Shown here one piece after another: positions 17,708-25,679 of a stretch of DNA of 32,000 nt. The DNA lies in the NCBI RefSeq assembly GCF_002945325.1, contig NZ_CP026606.1, forward strand, positions 840,001 through 872,000, given 5' to 3'. Source of the stretch: Methanococcus maripaludis. Its GTDB lineage: Archaea; AGJL01; Methanococci; Methanococcales; Methanococcaceae. The stretch's first letter is position 1, and each line of letters begins with the position of its first letter. The notes under the pieces are model-generated. The model searched no databases. It was not told where the DNA came from and saw only the letters and a list, made by a program, of their open reading frames with translations. The position numbers and the translations under genes are program-made.

Positions 17708-18133
17708 TTATTGTGCTACTGAATCAGCTACTTCTTTTGCAGTGTTGTCTACTAAAGATTGGCCTTTTGGTGCAATGATTCTTCCACCTTTTTCAGCTTT
17801 AGTAAGTAATTCTTTAGCTTCTAAAGCTTGGAAAGCTGTCCTGATAATGTTTCCACTACCTTTAACGAATTTTTCAGGAGCGCACCCTCGGTTCTTCCTT
17901 CCACCGTAAACGCTTCTTAATCTTTCAACACCAACAGGGCCGTTGATGTATACTTTTCTTAATATTGCAGCACATCTTACGTACCACCAATCTCCGTCAT
18001 CAGGTCTTCTCTCTTTGTGAGCTCCTGTTTTAACGAAGTTTGTCCATTCAGGCTCTTCTACGCCCATTTCTTTCAATTTTTCAGCTAATTTTGCGATTAA
18101 ATCGTTTGCTGGTACATCGTAAACGGTTACCAT
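17708..18133 (-). CDS. rps19e: 30S ribosomal protein S19e
   Basis: MVTVYDVPANDLIAKLAEKLK...WYVRCAAILRKVYINGPVGVERLRSVYGG is typical S19e. ATG 18133 has a GAGGTG SD 5 nt upstream. The track's 22-codon N-terminal extension has no SD and is not S19e-like. Confidence 0.9.
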   Translation of the reverse strand: MVTVYDVPANDLIAKLAEKLKEMGVEEPEWTNFVKTGAHKERRPDDGDWWYVRCAAILRKVYINGPVGVERLRSVYGGRKNRGCAPEKFVKGSGNIIRTAFQALEAKELLTKAEKGGRIIAPKGQSLVDNTAKEVADSVAQ

Positions 18134-18362
18134 GTAAACACCTCTAATAATAACGTTCAGTTCATCCTTTTGTAACTCATATTCGGATAATCTGGACAAT
18201 TAACGGATTCATTAAAAATAATATTTAAAAATCCTTAAGACCGAGCAATCTTATTATAATAATTGCACCCCATATATATTACTTTCCCTGATTCCCAGTA
18301 ATATAAAAATGAGTAAAAAATGAAAAAAAGGTTAAAATATCATCCGTTATTAAAATAACGTA

Positions 18363-18746
18363 TTATCTCTTAAGGAGTGCTTTTTTAGACCGCATTTCTT
18401 CAAATTCTTCAACATACTTTTCTTTCTTTGTTTTCTTTGTGGAATACTTTTTCCAGCCTTCTTTTGGCTTAAAAATAGTAATAACATTTCCAACTACGCT
18501 GATAACTTCTGCACCAGTTTCTTTAGATATTTTTTCGGCCATTTCTGCTTTATCGCCATTTTCAAGTGCACTTTTTCGCACTTTAATTTTTATAAGGCTT
18601 TTATCTTTTATCTGCCTTTTAATTTCTTCTATGGTTTTTTCGATCCCTTCCTTTCCAACCCAAACTACAGGTTCGATTTCGTGCGATTGGGACCTTAATA
18701 TCTTTTTAGCTTTGGATGATATTTTTACTTCAGTATTTTCGGTCAT
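18363..18746 (-). CDS. YhbY-like CRM-domain RNA-binding protein
   Basis: LRSQSHEIEPVVWVGKEGIEKTIEEIKRQIKDKSLIKIKV...AEKISKETGAEVISVVGNVITIFKP fits the YhbY/CRS1 (UPF0044) pattern, with a Lys-rich tail. AGGAGAGAG SD upstream. Confidence 0.75.
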   Translation of the reverse strand: MTENTEVKISSKAKKILRSQSHEIEPVVWVGKEGIEKTIEEIKRQIKDKSLIKIKVRKSALENGDKAEMAEKISKETGAEVISVVGNVITIFKPKEGWKKYSTKKTKKEKYVEEFEEMRSKKALLKR

Positions 18747-18982
18747 AATCTCTCTCCTTGATATGTATGCGTATAATTTGATACCATGAGTTAAAGTTTC
18801 AATTAAAACAGTAAAATCATTAAGATAATCAATAAATTAATCTGTCCGCTAAGTTATTTAAAATATCATATATATAATGTACAGTTAGCAACATACTATT
18901 GTTATTTAAGTATAAATATATTTTCGGAAAAATTTTGCCAACACATCTGAGATCTAGTTATGAACCCAAAGGGGCTGGTTAT

Positions 18983-20488
18983 ATGAATGTATTAGTAAAT
19001 GATAAACCAAAATCTGGAAAAACGTTAAAAGATGTAATAAAAGACGAATATTATATCCCTGGGTCAAATATTGTAATTGTAAAGGGAACTGCCACAGTAA
19101 TTAAGGAAGAAACCAAAAAATACATGATAAAAACGACCAAGGGTTCTTTTGTAGTTGGAATAACTGAAGAAAACGAAAGTGTTGATTTCTGGAATAAAAA
19201 CTACAAATCTTTTGAAAAAAAATCCCCGATATGGAAAAGTATTTCTGATGTATCTTTTGGATCTATCGAGATAAATCTCCCAGTAAGTAGTTTAAAACAG
19301 AATTTTAAAAAGTGGGATGTTGTTTTAAGCGTTTCAGGGCTTGATACGAGTGAAGGAAATTTAATATTTGTTCAAAGAGATGTAACGGAATTATATGGTC
19401 TTGAAAATCCAAAAATAGGCATTTTAATTGGTGGAAAAAGAGTTTTAAAAGCCTTAACTGCCGATGACCAGATTATATCCATTGAAAAGATGCGAGAATC
19501 AAAAGAAAACATCGATTATGAAGTAACTACTGATTTAGATAAAGAAATTCAGGACGACTGGAAAATATACACATACTGTAAAGCAGAGCTTAATGGACCT
19601 TCAAAAAGTACAGAACATGCCCTTGCAATACTTGAAAACGGTACGTTGGAAATTTCAGAACATACAAATACATACGTTGCAGATTGCAGGCTTCAAACAT
19701 TATTAATTGATGAAGAAAATCCTGAAAACCGAGATAGGGGAACAATCACGGTTAGAAATGTCGGAAACGGTGTTGGGAAAGTCTACATATATCAAGAAAA
19801 CAGAGCATCTTCCCTATCCCATACGGTGGTTGGTAAAGTAACTGACGGAATTGAAATCGTTGATTTTTCAAATTCGGGAAAAATTACTGTAAAAACGAGT
19901 CCTGAAAGATTAAATTTAATTGGAAAAACTCAAAAAGATGCAAAAATTCTGTTTGAAAAACATGGAATCACATTTAAAATGGAAGGAAATACAGATGACG
20001 ATGCAATAATCGTTGAACAGGTGCCTGAATATACCATGGACATATTAAAATCGAAAGAAGTTACTACAAAAGGAATAGAACCTGAAAAATTATTATATGT
20101 TGAAATATTTGATAAAGAAGCTCCAACTACTGCATGGTACTTTAGAAAAACTACCGGCCTTACAACAAAAAGAATAGGGACGTTAAAAATATATTTCAAA
20201 CACGACGATATATCAATGTTTGAAAGAAATTGGGATTATTCAAAAGGATTATTACCTGAAAATACACCTAAAGGACCTGTTGATTCTGAAATAATTGCTG
20301 TTACGAACATGGCTAAAAGATATAAAGGATATATGGGCGTTAGGACCTCATCACATGATAAATACGGGCCAACAGGAGAAACATTTGAAGGTACAAATAT
20401 CGTTGGGAAAGTAGTTAAAAACGCAGAAATTTTAAAAAGCGTTAAACAGGGCGAAAATATATACATACTTGAAGTTAATTCAAATTAG
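18983..20488 (+). CDS. conserved methanogen protein, probably methanogenesis marker protein 3 (UPF0288)
   Basis: About 501 aa from ATG 18983, with AGGGG 10 nt upstream. The size and the C-terminal YGPTGETFEGTNIVGKV motif match my recollection of the marker-3/UPF0288 family. This call is from memory only. Confidence 0.5.
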   Translation: MNVLVNDKPKSGKTLKDVIKDEYYIPGSNIVIVKGTATVIKEETKKYMIKTTKGSFVVGITEENESVDFWNKNYKSFEKKSPIWKSISDVSFGSIEINLPVSSLKQNFKKWDVVLSVSGLDTSEGNLIFVQRDVTELYGLENPKIGILIGGKRVLKALTADDQIISIEKMRESKENIDYEVTTDLDKEIQDDWKIYTYCKAELNGPSKSTEHALAILENGTLEISEHTNTYVADCRLQTLLIDEENPENRDRGTITVRNVGNGVGKVYIYQENRASSLSHTVVGKVTDGIEIVDFSNSGKITVKTSPERLNLIGKTQKDAKILFEKHGITFKMEGNTDDDAIIVEQVPEYTMDILKSKEVTTKGIEPEKLLYVEIFDKEAPTTAWYFRKTTGLTTKRIGTLKIYFKHDDISMFERNWDYSKGLLPENTPKGPVDSEIIAVTNMAKRYKGYMGVRTSSHDKYGPTGETFEGTNIVGKVVKNAEILKSVKQGENIYILEVNSN

Positions 20489-20537
20489 TAAAATTATATG
20501 AAATTTGTTTATTTATAATATAGATGGAGGAATGAGT

Positions 20538-21698
20538 ATGGACTGGAAAGCTGTATCTCCGTACAACCCAAAATTAGATTTAAAAGACTGTTATTTGTAT
20601 GATACAACATTGAGAGATGGTGAACAGACCCCGGGGGTTTGTTTTACGGGAGACCAAAAACTTGAAATTGCTAAGAAACTGGATGAACTTAAAATTAAAC
20701 AGATTGAAGCAGGTTTTCCAATTGTTTCTGAAAACGAAAGAAAAGCCATCAAATCAATTACTGGTGAAGGATTAAATGCGCAAGTATTAGCATTATCAAG
20801 AGTTTTAAAAGAAGATATTGATAAAGCCATCGAATGTGACGTTGACGGGATAATTACATTTATTGCAACTTCTCCAATGCATTTGAAATATAAATTACAT
20901 AAGAATCTTGATGAAGTCGAAGAAATGGGAATGAAAGCTGTTGAATATGCAAAAGACCACGGTCTTTTTGTAGCATTCTCTGCAGAAGATGCAACAAGAA
21001 CCCCCCTTGAAGATATAATTAGAATTCATACAAATGCAGAAGAACACGGCGCTGATAGGGTCCATATTGCAGATACGCTCGGCTGTGCGACACCTCAGGC
21101 AATGTACCACATATGTTCTGAATTAAGCAAACACCTGAAAAAAGCACATATTGGAGTACACTGCCACAATGACTTTGGATTTGCAGTTATAAACTCAATA
21201 TACGGTTTAATCGGTGGTGCAAAAGCTGTATCTACCACGGTTAATGGCATAGGTGAACGAGCAGGAAATGCTGCAATTGAAGAAATTGCAATGGCATTGA
21301 AAGTACTTTACGACCACGATATGGGATTAAATACTGAAATACTAACTGAAATATCTAAACTCGTTGAAAACTATTCAAAAATCAAAATCCCTGAAAATAA
21401 ACCGCTTGTTGGAGAAATGGTATTCTACCATGAAAGCGGAATACACGTCGATGCCGTTTTAGAAAATCCTTTGACGTATGAACCATTTTTGCCTGAAAAA
21501 ATCGGTCAGAAAAGAAAAATTATCCTTGGAAAACATTCCGGTTGTAGGGCTGTCGCACACAGACTACAGGAACTCGGACTTGAAGCTTCAAGAGACGAAT
21601 TATGGGAAATTGTAAAGAAAACTAAAGAAACGAGAGAAGACGGTACTGAAATAAGCGACGAAGTGTTTAAAAACATTGCAGAAAAAATCATAAAATAA
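20538..21698 (+). CDS. aksA: homocitrate synthase family enzyme, probable AksA (coenzyme B 2-oxoacid elongation)
   Basis: DRE-TIM metallolyase motifs [19 protein letters not shown] and ERAGNAA. It lacks the C-terminal regulatory domain of LeuA/CimA (386 aa versus about 490-520), as AksA does. A GGAGG SD lies 7 nt before ATG 20538. ATG 20532 is an alternative start. Confidence 0.75.
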   Translation: MDWKAVSPYNPKLDLKDCYLYDTTLRDGEQTPGVCFTGDQKLEIAKKLDELKIKQIEAGFPIVSENERKAIKSITGEGLNAQVLALSRVLKEDIDKAIECDVDGIITFIATSPMHLKYKLHKNLDEVEEMGMKAVEYAKDHGLFVAFSAEDATRTPLEDIIRIHTNAEEHGADRVHIADTLGCATPQAMYHICSELSKHLKKAHIGVHCHNDFGFAVINSIYGLIGGAKAVSTTVNGIGERAGNAAIEEIAMALKVLYDHDMGLNTEILTEISKLVENYSKIKIPENKPLVGEMVFYHESGIHVDAVLENPLTYEPFLPEKIGQKRKIILGKHSGCRAVAHRLQELGLEASRDELWEIVKKTKETREDGTEISDEVFKNIAEKIIK

Positions 21699-21723
21699 CT
21701 TAAAACTTTTTTAAGGTGGGAAT

Positions 21724-21882
21724 ATGTTTGGATTTAGCTGGATAATAACTGCAATTATTGCCGCAATTGTTGTCTTTTTAATTTTAAAAATCATGTTTAA
21801 AATGGTATTTACAACAATAAAATTAATATTGCTTTTTGCAGCGATAATCCTATTGGTTTATGCGCTAAGCGTATTAATCTAA
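21724..21882 (+). CDS. 52-aa two-helix hydrophobic peptide, absent from the ORF track
   Basis: ATG 21724 has an AGGTGG SD 5 nt upstream. Translation: MFGFSWIITAIIAAIVVFLILKIMFKMVFTTIKLILLFAAIILLVYALSVLI. T-rich terminator runs follow the stop. It starts 25 nt (21699-21723) after the aksA stop. Confidence 0.5.
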   Translation: MFGFSWIITAIIAAIVVFLILKIMFKMVFTTIKLILLFAAIILLVYALSVLI

Positions 21883-21885
21883 ACC

Positions 21886-21916
21886 TTTTTTGATTTAACT
21901 TTTTTAAAAAATTTTT
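21886..21916 (+). terminator. oligo-T terminator runs
   Basis: T6 at 21886-21891, T6 at 21900-21905 and T5 at 21912-21916, directly after the small ORF stop. Confidence 0.45.
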
Positions 21917-22148
21917 AAAATAGAAAATTTTCCCAATTAGTTTGGAGTGGTGACTAAGAGAGATAAGTAGAGATATTTGGGTAACGTCATGTTTGTACAT
22001 AATGTGGCTATTTGATGGCTTAATGGTTGCAACCACAATAATAATTCATAGTTATAGTATATAATTATTACGAATTAAAAAAAAATCATACTAAAAATCA
22101 TATTTTTTAAAATTAGTATTATCAATAAAATCAATAAAAAAAATAGAA

Positions 22149-23489
22149 TTAAAATGGCCATATCCTTGGAATAACTGCAATTGCAACTACTGCACAAAGT
22201 ATTTCAAGTGGCCATCCTGATTTTGCGTAATCTTTAAATGAATAACCTCCGGGACCAAGTATGATCATGTTTGGAGGCGTTGCAATTGGAGTTAGGAAAC
22301 ATGAAGATGCTGCAACTGCAATTGCCATCAATATCGGTTTTGCACTAACGTCAAAAGCATCTGCAAGAGCAATTCCAAGAGGCATTACCAAGGCCGCTGT
22401 TGCAGTGTTTGACATTACTTCCGTAATTAATGCAGTCAGTACGTATGCTGCGGCTAAAAGTGCCAATGGGCTGTGAACATACGTAATAACCGTGTTTGCA
22501 ATCATTGTAGCTGCACCAGTTGCCGCCATTGCACTTCCAAGTGGAAGCATTCCTGCAAACAAAAAGATTGTTGTCCACGAAATACTGTTAAAAGCTTCCT
22601 GCATCGTGATACATCCAGTCATTACAACCATACACGCACCAAGCATGAATGCAGTTACAAGCGGGATAGTTCCAGTTGCTGTCATTAATACAACAAATGT
22701 AAACACGAGTGTTGCAATCCACATCTTGTTAGTTCGGTATTTCAAAGTATCTGACACAAAATCTTTTGCTTTTGCCTTAGATTCAGGCAGTAATTTATGC
22801 CCAATTGTTCCATAGTAAAGAATCCCTACGATAAATATAAGAATTCCAATTTTTGCAAACTCGAAAAATCCAAATGGAGCAATCCCTGATTTTTCAAGTG
22901 CATCGTTTACAAGCCCGTTTGGAGGAGTTCCAATTAAAGTTAACGTTCCACCAAGCGATGCAGCATAAGCCATAGGAATTAACAATTTTCCAGGTTTTAA
23001 ACTTGCAGAAACACATATGCCCATTACAATAGGAATAAATGCTGCTGTTGTTCCAGTATTTGATAAAAATGCAGACATTGTACCGATTGCAAGCATTACA
23101 AGAAGCATTAATTTTAACTGGCTCTTTCCTGCTGCTTTCACGGTAAGTTGCCCGATTTTATCTGCAAAACCCGTCCTAAATACTGCTTCACCAAGTATGA
23201 ATGCAGCCATAAACAGAACTACCCATTTATTTCCAAAATCGGCAAAGGCCCGAGAACTCGATAAAATATCTATCCCTGGAAAACTCAAAGCCACTGGAAC
23301 TAGCATTGCGGTAACAGGCAATGGAAGTGCTTCTGTGAAAAATAACACAGCCGCAGTTCCAAGAATTATAAGTGTAATTATCGCTTTTTGGCTGTTTATT
23401 CCGTCAGCAGATTCTTCATCCACGTACGCGATTTTTGTAAAGCCAATTAAAAATACGGCGAGCACGAGTAAAATAAGTGCTTTTTTCAT
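22149..23489 (-). CDS. SLC13/DASS-family (divalent anion:Na+ symporter-like) permease
   Basis: 446-aa polytopic membrane protein with two hairpin SNT motifs (FLSNTGTTAAFIPI and VMSNTATAALVMP) characteristic of the DASS/SLC13 fold. GAGGTGA SD upstream of the ATG. Confidence 0.8.
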   Translation of the reverse strand: MKKALILLVLAVFLIGFTKIAYVDEESADGINSQKAIITLIILGTAAVLFFTEALPLPVTAMLVPVALSFPGIDILSSSRAFADFGNKWVVLFMAAFILGEAVFRTGFADKIGQLTVKAAGKSQLKLMLLVMLAIGTMSAFLSNTGTTAAFIPIVMGICVSASLKPGKLLIPMAYAASLGGTLTLIGTPPNGLVNDALEKSGIAPFGFFEFAKIGILIFIVGILYYGTIGHKLLPESKAKAKDFVSDTLKYRTNKMWIATLVFTFVVLMTATGTIPLVTAFMLGACMVVMTGCITMQEAFNSISWTTIFLFAGMLPLGSAMAATGAATMIANTVITYVHSPLALLAAAYVLTALITEVMSNTATAALVMPLGIALADAFDVSAKPILMAIAVAASSCFLTPIATPPNMIILGPGGYSFKDYAKSGWPLEILCAVVAIAVIPRIWPF

Positions 23490-23780
23490 AAAATCACCTC
23501 TTTTATCTAAATTTCGATAAATTCACCTCGTCGAATCGACATTAGAAAAACTTTTTGAAAAATCGTGTAAAATGAGAATGCATATAAAACTAGGCTATCA
23601 GTTTTTGAATAACTACTAACTTGTTTGATTGGTAGTTTTTAAAGAACTTCTGGGAATTTTTCCCGAGTTAAAAGTTTAGTCTCCGACAAATTACCTGAAT
23701 AGATACTGTTTCATTCTATCAGGAACTTTTATTCCTATATTCTGTGTGATATTTATTACTATTCATTTGAATCAGAATAG

Positions 23781-23815
23781 AATAATTCGTTAAACTTGAA
23801 AAATAATTCGTTAAA
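23781..23815. repeat. exact 14-bp direct repeat AATAATTCGTTAAA, two copies 21 bp apart
   Basis: Copies at 23781-23794 and 23802-23815, read directly. They lie in the 381-bp gap between the L40e stop and the SLC13 start. Confidence 0.9.
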
Positions 23816-23870
23816 AAAGCGATTTTACAAAATAGAATATAAATTTAAACCAAAAAAGAAAAGTAATGGA

Positions 23871-24014
23871 TTATGCCCTAGCTTCTTTAGCTTTAGGCCT
23901 TAAATTTGTGTATCCACATTTTCTACATTTTGTAGCTTTCCATGAGTTTCTTGAGTTACATTTCATGCAAATCTTTTTCATGAAGACTCTTTTGATTGCT
24001 TCTTCGAATGCCAT
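23871..24014 (-). CDS. rpl40e: 50S ribosomal protein L40e (47 aa), absent from the ORF track
   Basis: My minus-strand translation is [47 protein letters not shown], with a C4 zinc ribbon (CxxC...CxxC) typical of L40e. The AGGTGA SD overlaps the tsr3 stop codon. Confidence 0.9.
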   Translation of the reverse strand: MAFEEAIKRVFMKKICMKCNSRNSWKATKCRKCGYTNLRPKAKEARA

Positions 24015-24018
24015 TATT

Positions 24019-24534
24019 TCACCTGTTTCGCATGTTATTTAAAATTTCGTTCTGAATCCTAATGATTTCATCAGATGTTTTTCCACAATACTGTTCAAGT
24101 AATTCTTTATTAACATCTATAAAAGTGTTTCCCCATTTGAAACCATTCAATAAAGAGACGGCCTCATTTTTATAGTTTGCTATATAGAGGGTAGCCACTA
24201 TTGCTTCTAAGGTAGTAAGTTTACAGGGTTTTCCGTAATTTACAGGATTTCCTGCAATTAAGAACGGTAAAACTCTTTGATTTCGGGCGTTTGTTTTTTT
24301 AAATACAATTTCAGCCTGTTTCCACGAACAGTCGAGTCCCAAAATTCCATATTTTTCGATAATTTCCCTATCTTCAACAGAAACGCTTTTTTCTGAATAG
24401 GGATTTAGTAAAAGTGAATTCCTCGGAACCTTGTTTGGGTTTGTAATTATTTTTGCGTACCCGAGTTTTCCCATTTTTAGTGCAGTACATCTTTTTGGGT
24501 CGCACTGTTTTTCATGATATATGAAAAGTTTCAT
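24019..24534 (-). CDS. tsr3: Tsr3-family rRNA aminocarboxypropyl (acp) transferase (DUF367)
   Basis: [21 protein letters not shown]...LLLNP....[19 protein letters not shown] fits the Tsr3/DUF367 pattern. ATG 24534 is preceded by GTGAT. The track start at 24543 is a GTG. Confidence 0.8.
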   Translation of the reverse strand: MKLFIYHEKQCDPKRCTALKMGKLGYAKIITNPNKVPRNSLLLNPYSEKSVSVEDREIIEKYGILGLDCSWKQAEIVFKKTNARNQRVLPFLIAGNPVNYGKPCKLTTLEAIVATLYIANYKNEAVSLLNGFKWGNTFIDVNKELLEQYCGKTSDEIIRIQNEILNNMRNR

Positions 24535-24600
24535 TAAAATCACTAAGATATATATGAATATAACACCTATGATGTTTTGAAATTTAAACCTACTGGTGAT

Positions 24601-25656
24601 ATGTTGAATTTAAAAAACACAAAAGCAGGTTTTTTGTTAAGTGCAGAACACGAAAAACTACCCGTCGCAGAATTAAATGCTTTAATCGATATTTTTAGTC
24701 TTGAAGGTAATTTAAACTGCTTTAAAAATTACGTAATATTGGAAAGTTCAATCTCAGAAGAAATTATAAAAAAAATGGTTAAAAGGGGAGGATACACAAA
24801 CGAAGGACACGTTATATTTTCAGAATCCCCAATAATTAACCAGAATGTAGATGAAACACTCGAAAATTTTTTTAAAAGTTCTGAAACACTCGATTTTCCA
24901 GTTGAAAGAGATGAAACTTTTGCAGTTCGTGTTTTAAAAATGGAAAAAGAAAGCCCATTTAATTCGATGGAAATCGAAAGAAAACTAGGGGGAATTATAA
25001 AGAAAAAAACTTCTGCACAGGTAAGTTTAAAAAACCCTTCAAAAACGGTTAAAGTCGTTATTTCAAACGATACAATGTATACAGGGATAGTTATTGAAAA
25101 ACGAGATGTTGAATACTTCCAAAATAACAGGCCCCACTTAAGAGCATATTTTCATCCAGGATGCATAATGCCAAAACTTGCAAGATGCCTTGTAAATCTA
25201 TCAAGAGTTAAAGAAGGGGAAATTGTTTTAGATCCATTCTGCGGAACAGGAGGATTCTTAATTGAAGCCGGATTTTTAGGATGCAGATTAATTGGTAGTG
25301 ACATTGATGAACAGATGGTAAATGGTGCACTACTAAACTTAAACACATATGATTTATCAAAACAAGTCATTTCAATAAAGCAAAACGATGCTAAAAACGT
25401 CTCAAAATATTTGGAAGACCTGAAAATTGAAAAGATAGATGGAATTGTAACTGATCCACCATATGGAATTTCCACATCTAAAAAAGGGGACATGTTAGAA
25501 ATATTTGAAAAAATTGTAGATGTTCTAAAAGATAATGATTATTTAGTATTTGCAGCACCAAACAGAATGGAACTTGATTTAAATTTAGTGGAATTCTACG
25601 AAATGAGAGTTCATAAAAGCCTTACAAGATATATTCACGTTTACAGAAAAAATTAA
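24601..25656 (+). CDS. THUMP-domain tRNA (guanine-N2)-methyltransferase, Trm11/Trm-G10 (or Trm14) family
   Basis: The N-terminal and THUMP-like region is followed by SAM-MTase motif I (LDPFCGTGGFLIEAG) and the N-methyltransferase motif DPPYG. The start is ambiguous between ATG 24601 and TTG 24577. Confidence 0.75.
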   Translation: MLNLKNTKAGFLLSAEHEKLPVAELNALIDIFSLEGNLNCFKNYVILESSISEEIIKKMVKRGGYTNEGHVIFSESPIINQNVDETLENFFKSSETLDFPVERDETFAVRVLKMEKESPFNSMEIERKLGGIIKKKTSAQVSLKNPSKTVKVVISNDTMYTGIVIEKRDVEYFQNNRPHLRAYFHPGCIMPKLARCLVNLSRVKEGEIVLDPFCGTGGFLIEAGFLGCRLIGSDIDEQMVNGALLNLNTYDLSKQVISIKQNDAKNVSKYLEDLKIEKIDGIVTDPPYGISTSKKGDMLEIFEKIVDVLKDNDYLVFAAPNRMELDLNLVEFYEMRVHKSLTRYIHVYRKN

Positions 25657-25679
25657 ACTTAAAAAAAGAAAAAATTTAT

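Noticed and set aside
18134-18199. 22-codon N-terminal extension of S19e in the ORF track
   Set aside because: The GAGGTG SD sits just upstream of the internal ATG at 18133. S19e proteins begin MVTVYDVP..., and the extension is not conserved-looking.
18201-18358. 8-nt inverted repeat (TAACGGAT ... ATCCGTTA) about 135 nt apart, plus a CGTTATT-AA-AATAACG hairpin between yhbY and rps19e, considered as ends of a structured ncRNA
   Set aside because: The interval is otherwise unstructured A/T sequence containing the yhbY oligo-T terminators and the S19e promoter. An 8-nt match at this distance is expected by chance.
20505-21698. Alternative identities for the DRE-TIM synthase (LeuA, CimA, NifV)
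   Set aside because: At about 386 aa it lacks the C-terminal regulatory domain of LeuA/CimA, and there is no nif cluster nearby. AksA is therefore the most likely call. Specificity cannot be proven from sequence by eye, so confidence is limited to 0.75.
21809-22036. 75-aa minus-strand ORF starting with GTG at 22036
   Set aside because: It has no SD, overlaps the better-supported 52-aa plus-strand peptide gene and its terminator, and gives an unconvincing low-complexity translation. The underlying GC-richer island is kept as a low-interest finding.
22261-23520. Several plus-strand ORFs (71, 71, 107 and 167 aa) and a 75-aa minus-strand ORF in another reading frame, all inside the SLC13 transporter gene
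   Set aside because: All are nested within or overlap a 446-aa membrane protein gene with strong family motifs. Their composition mirrors the reverse complement or a frame shift of hydrophobic codons. None has a convincing SD.
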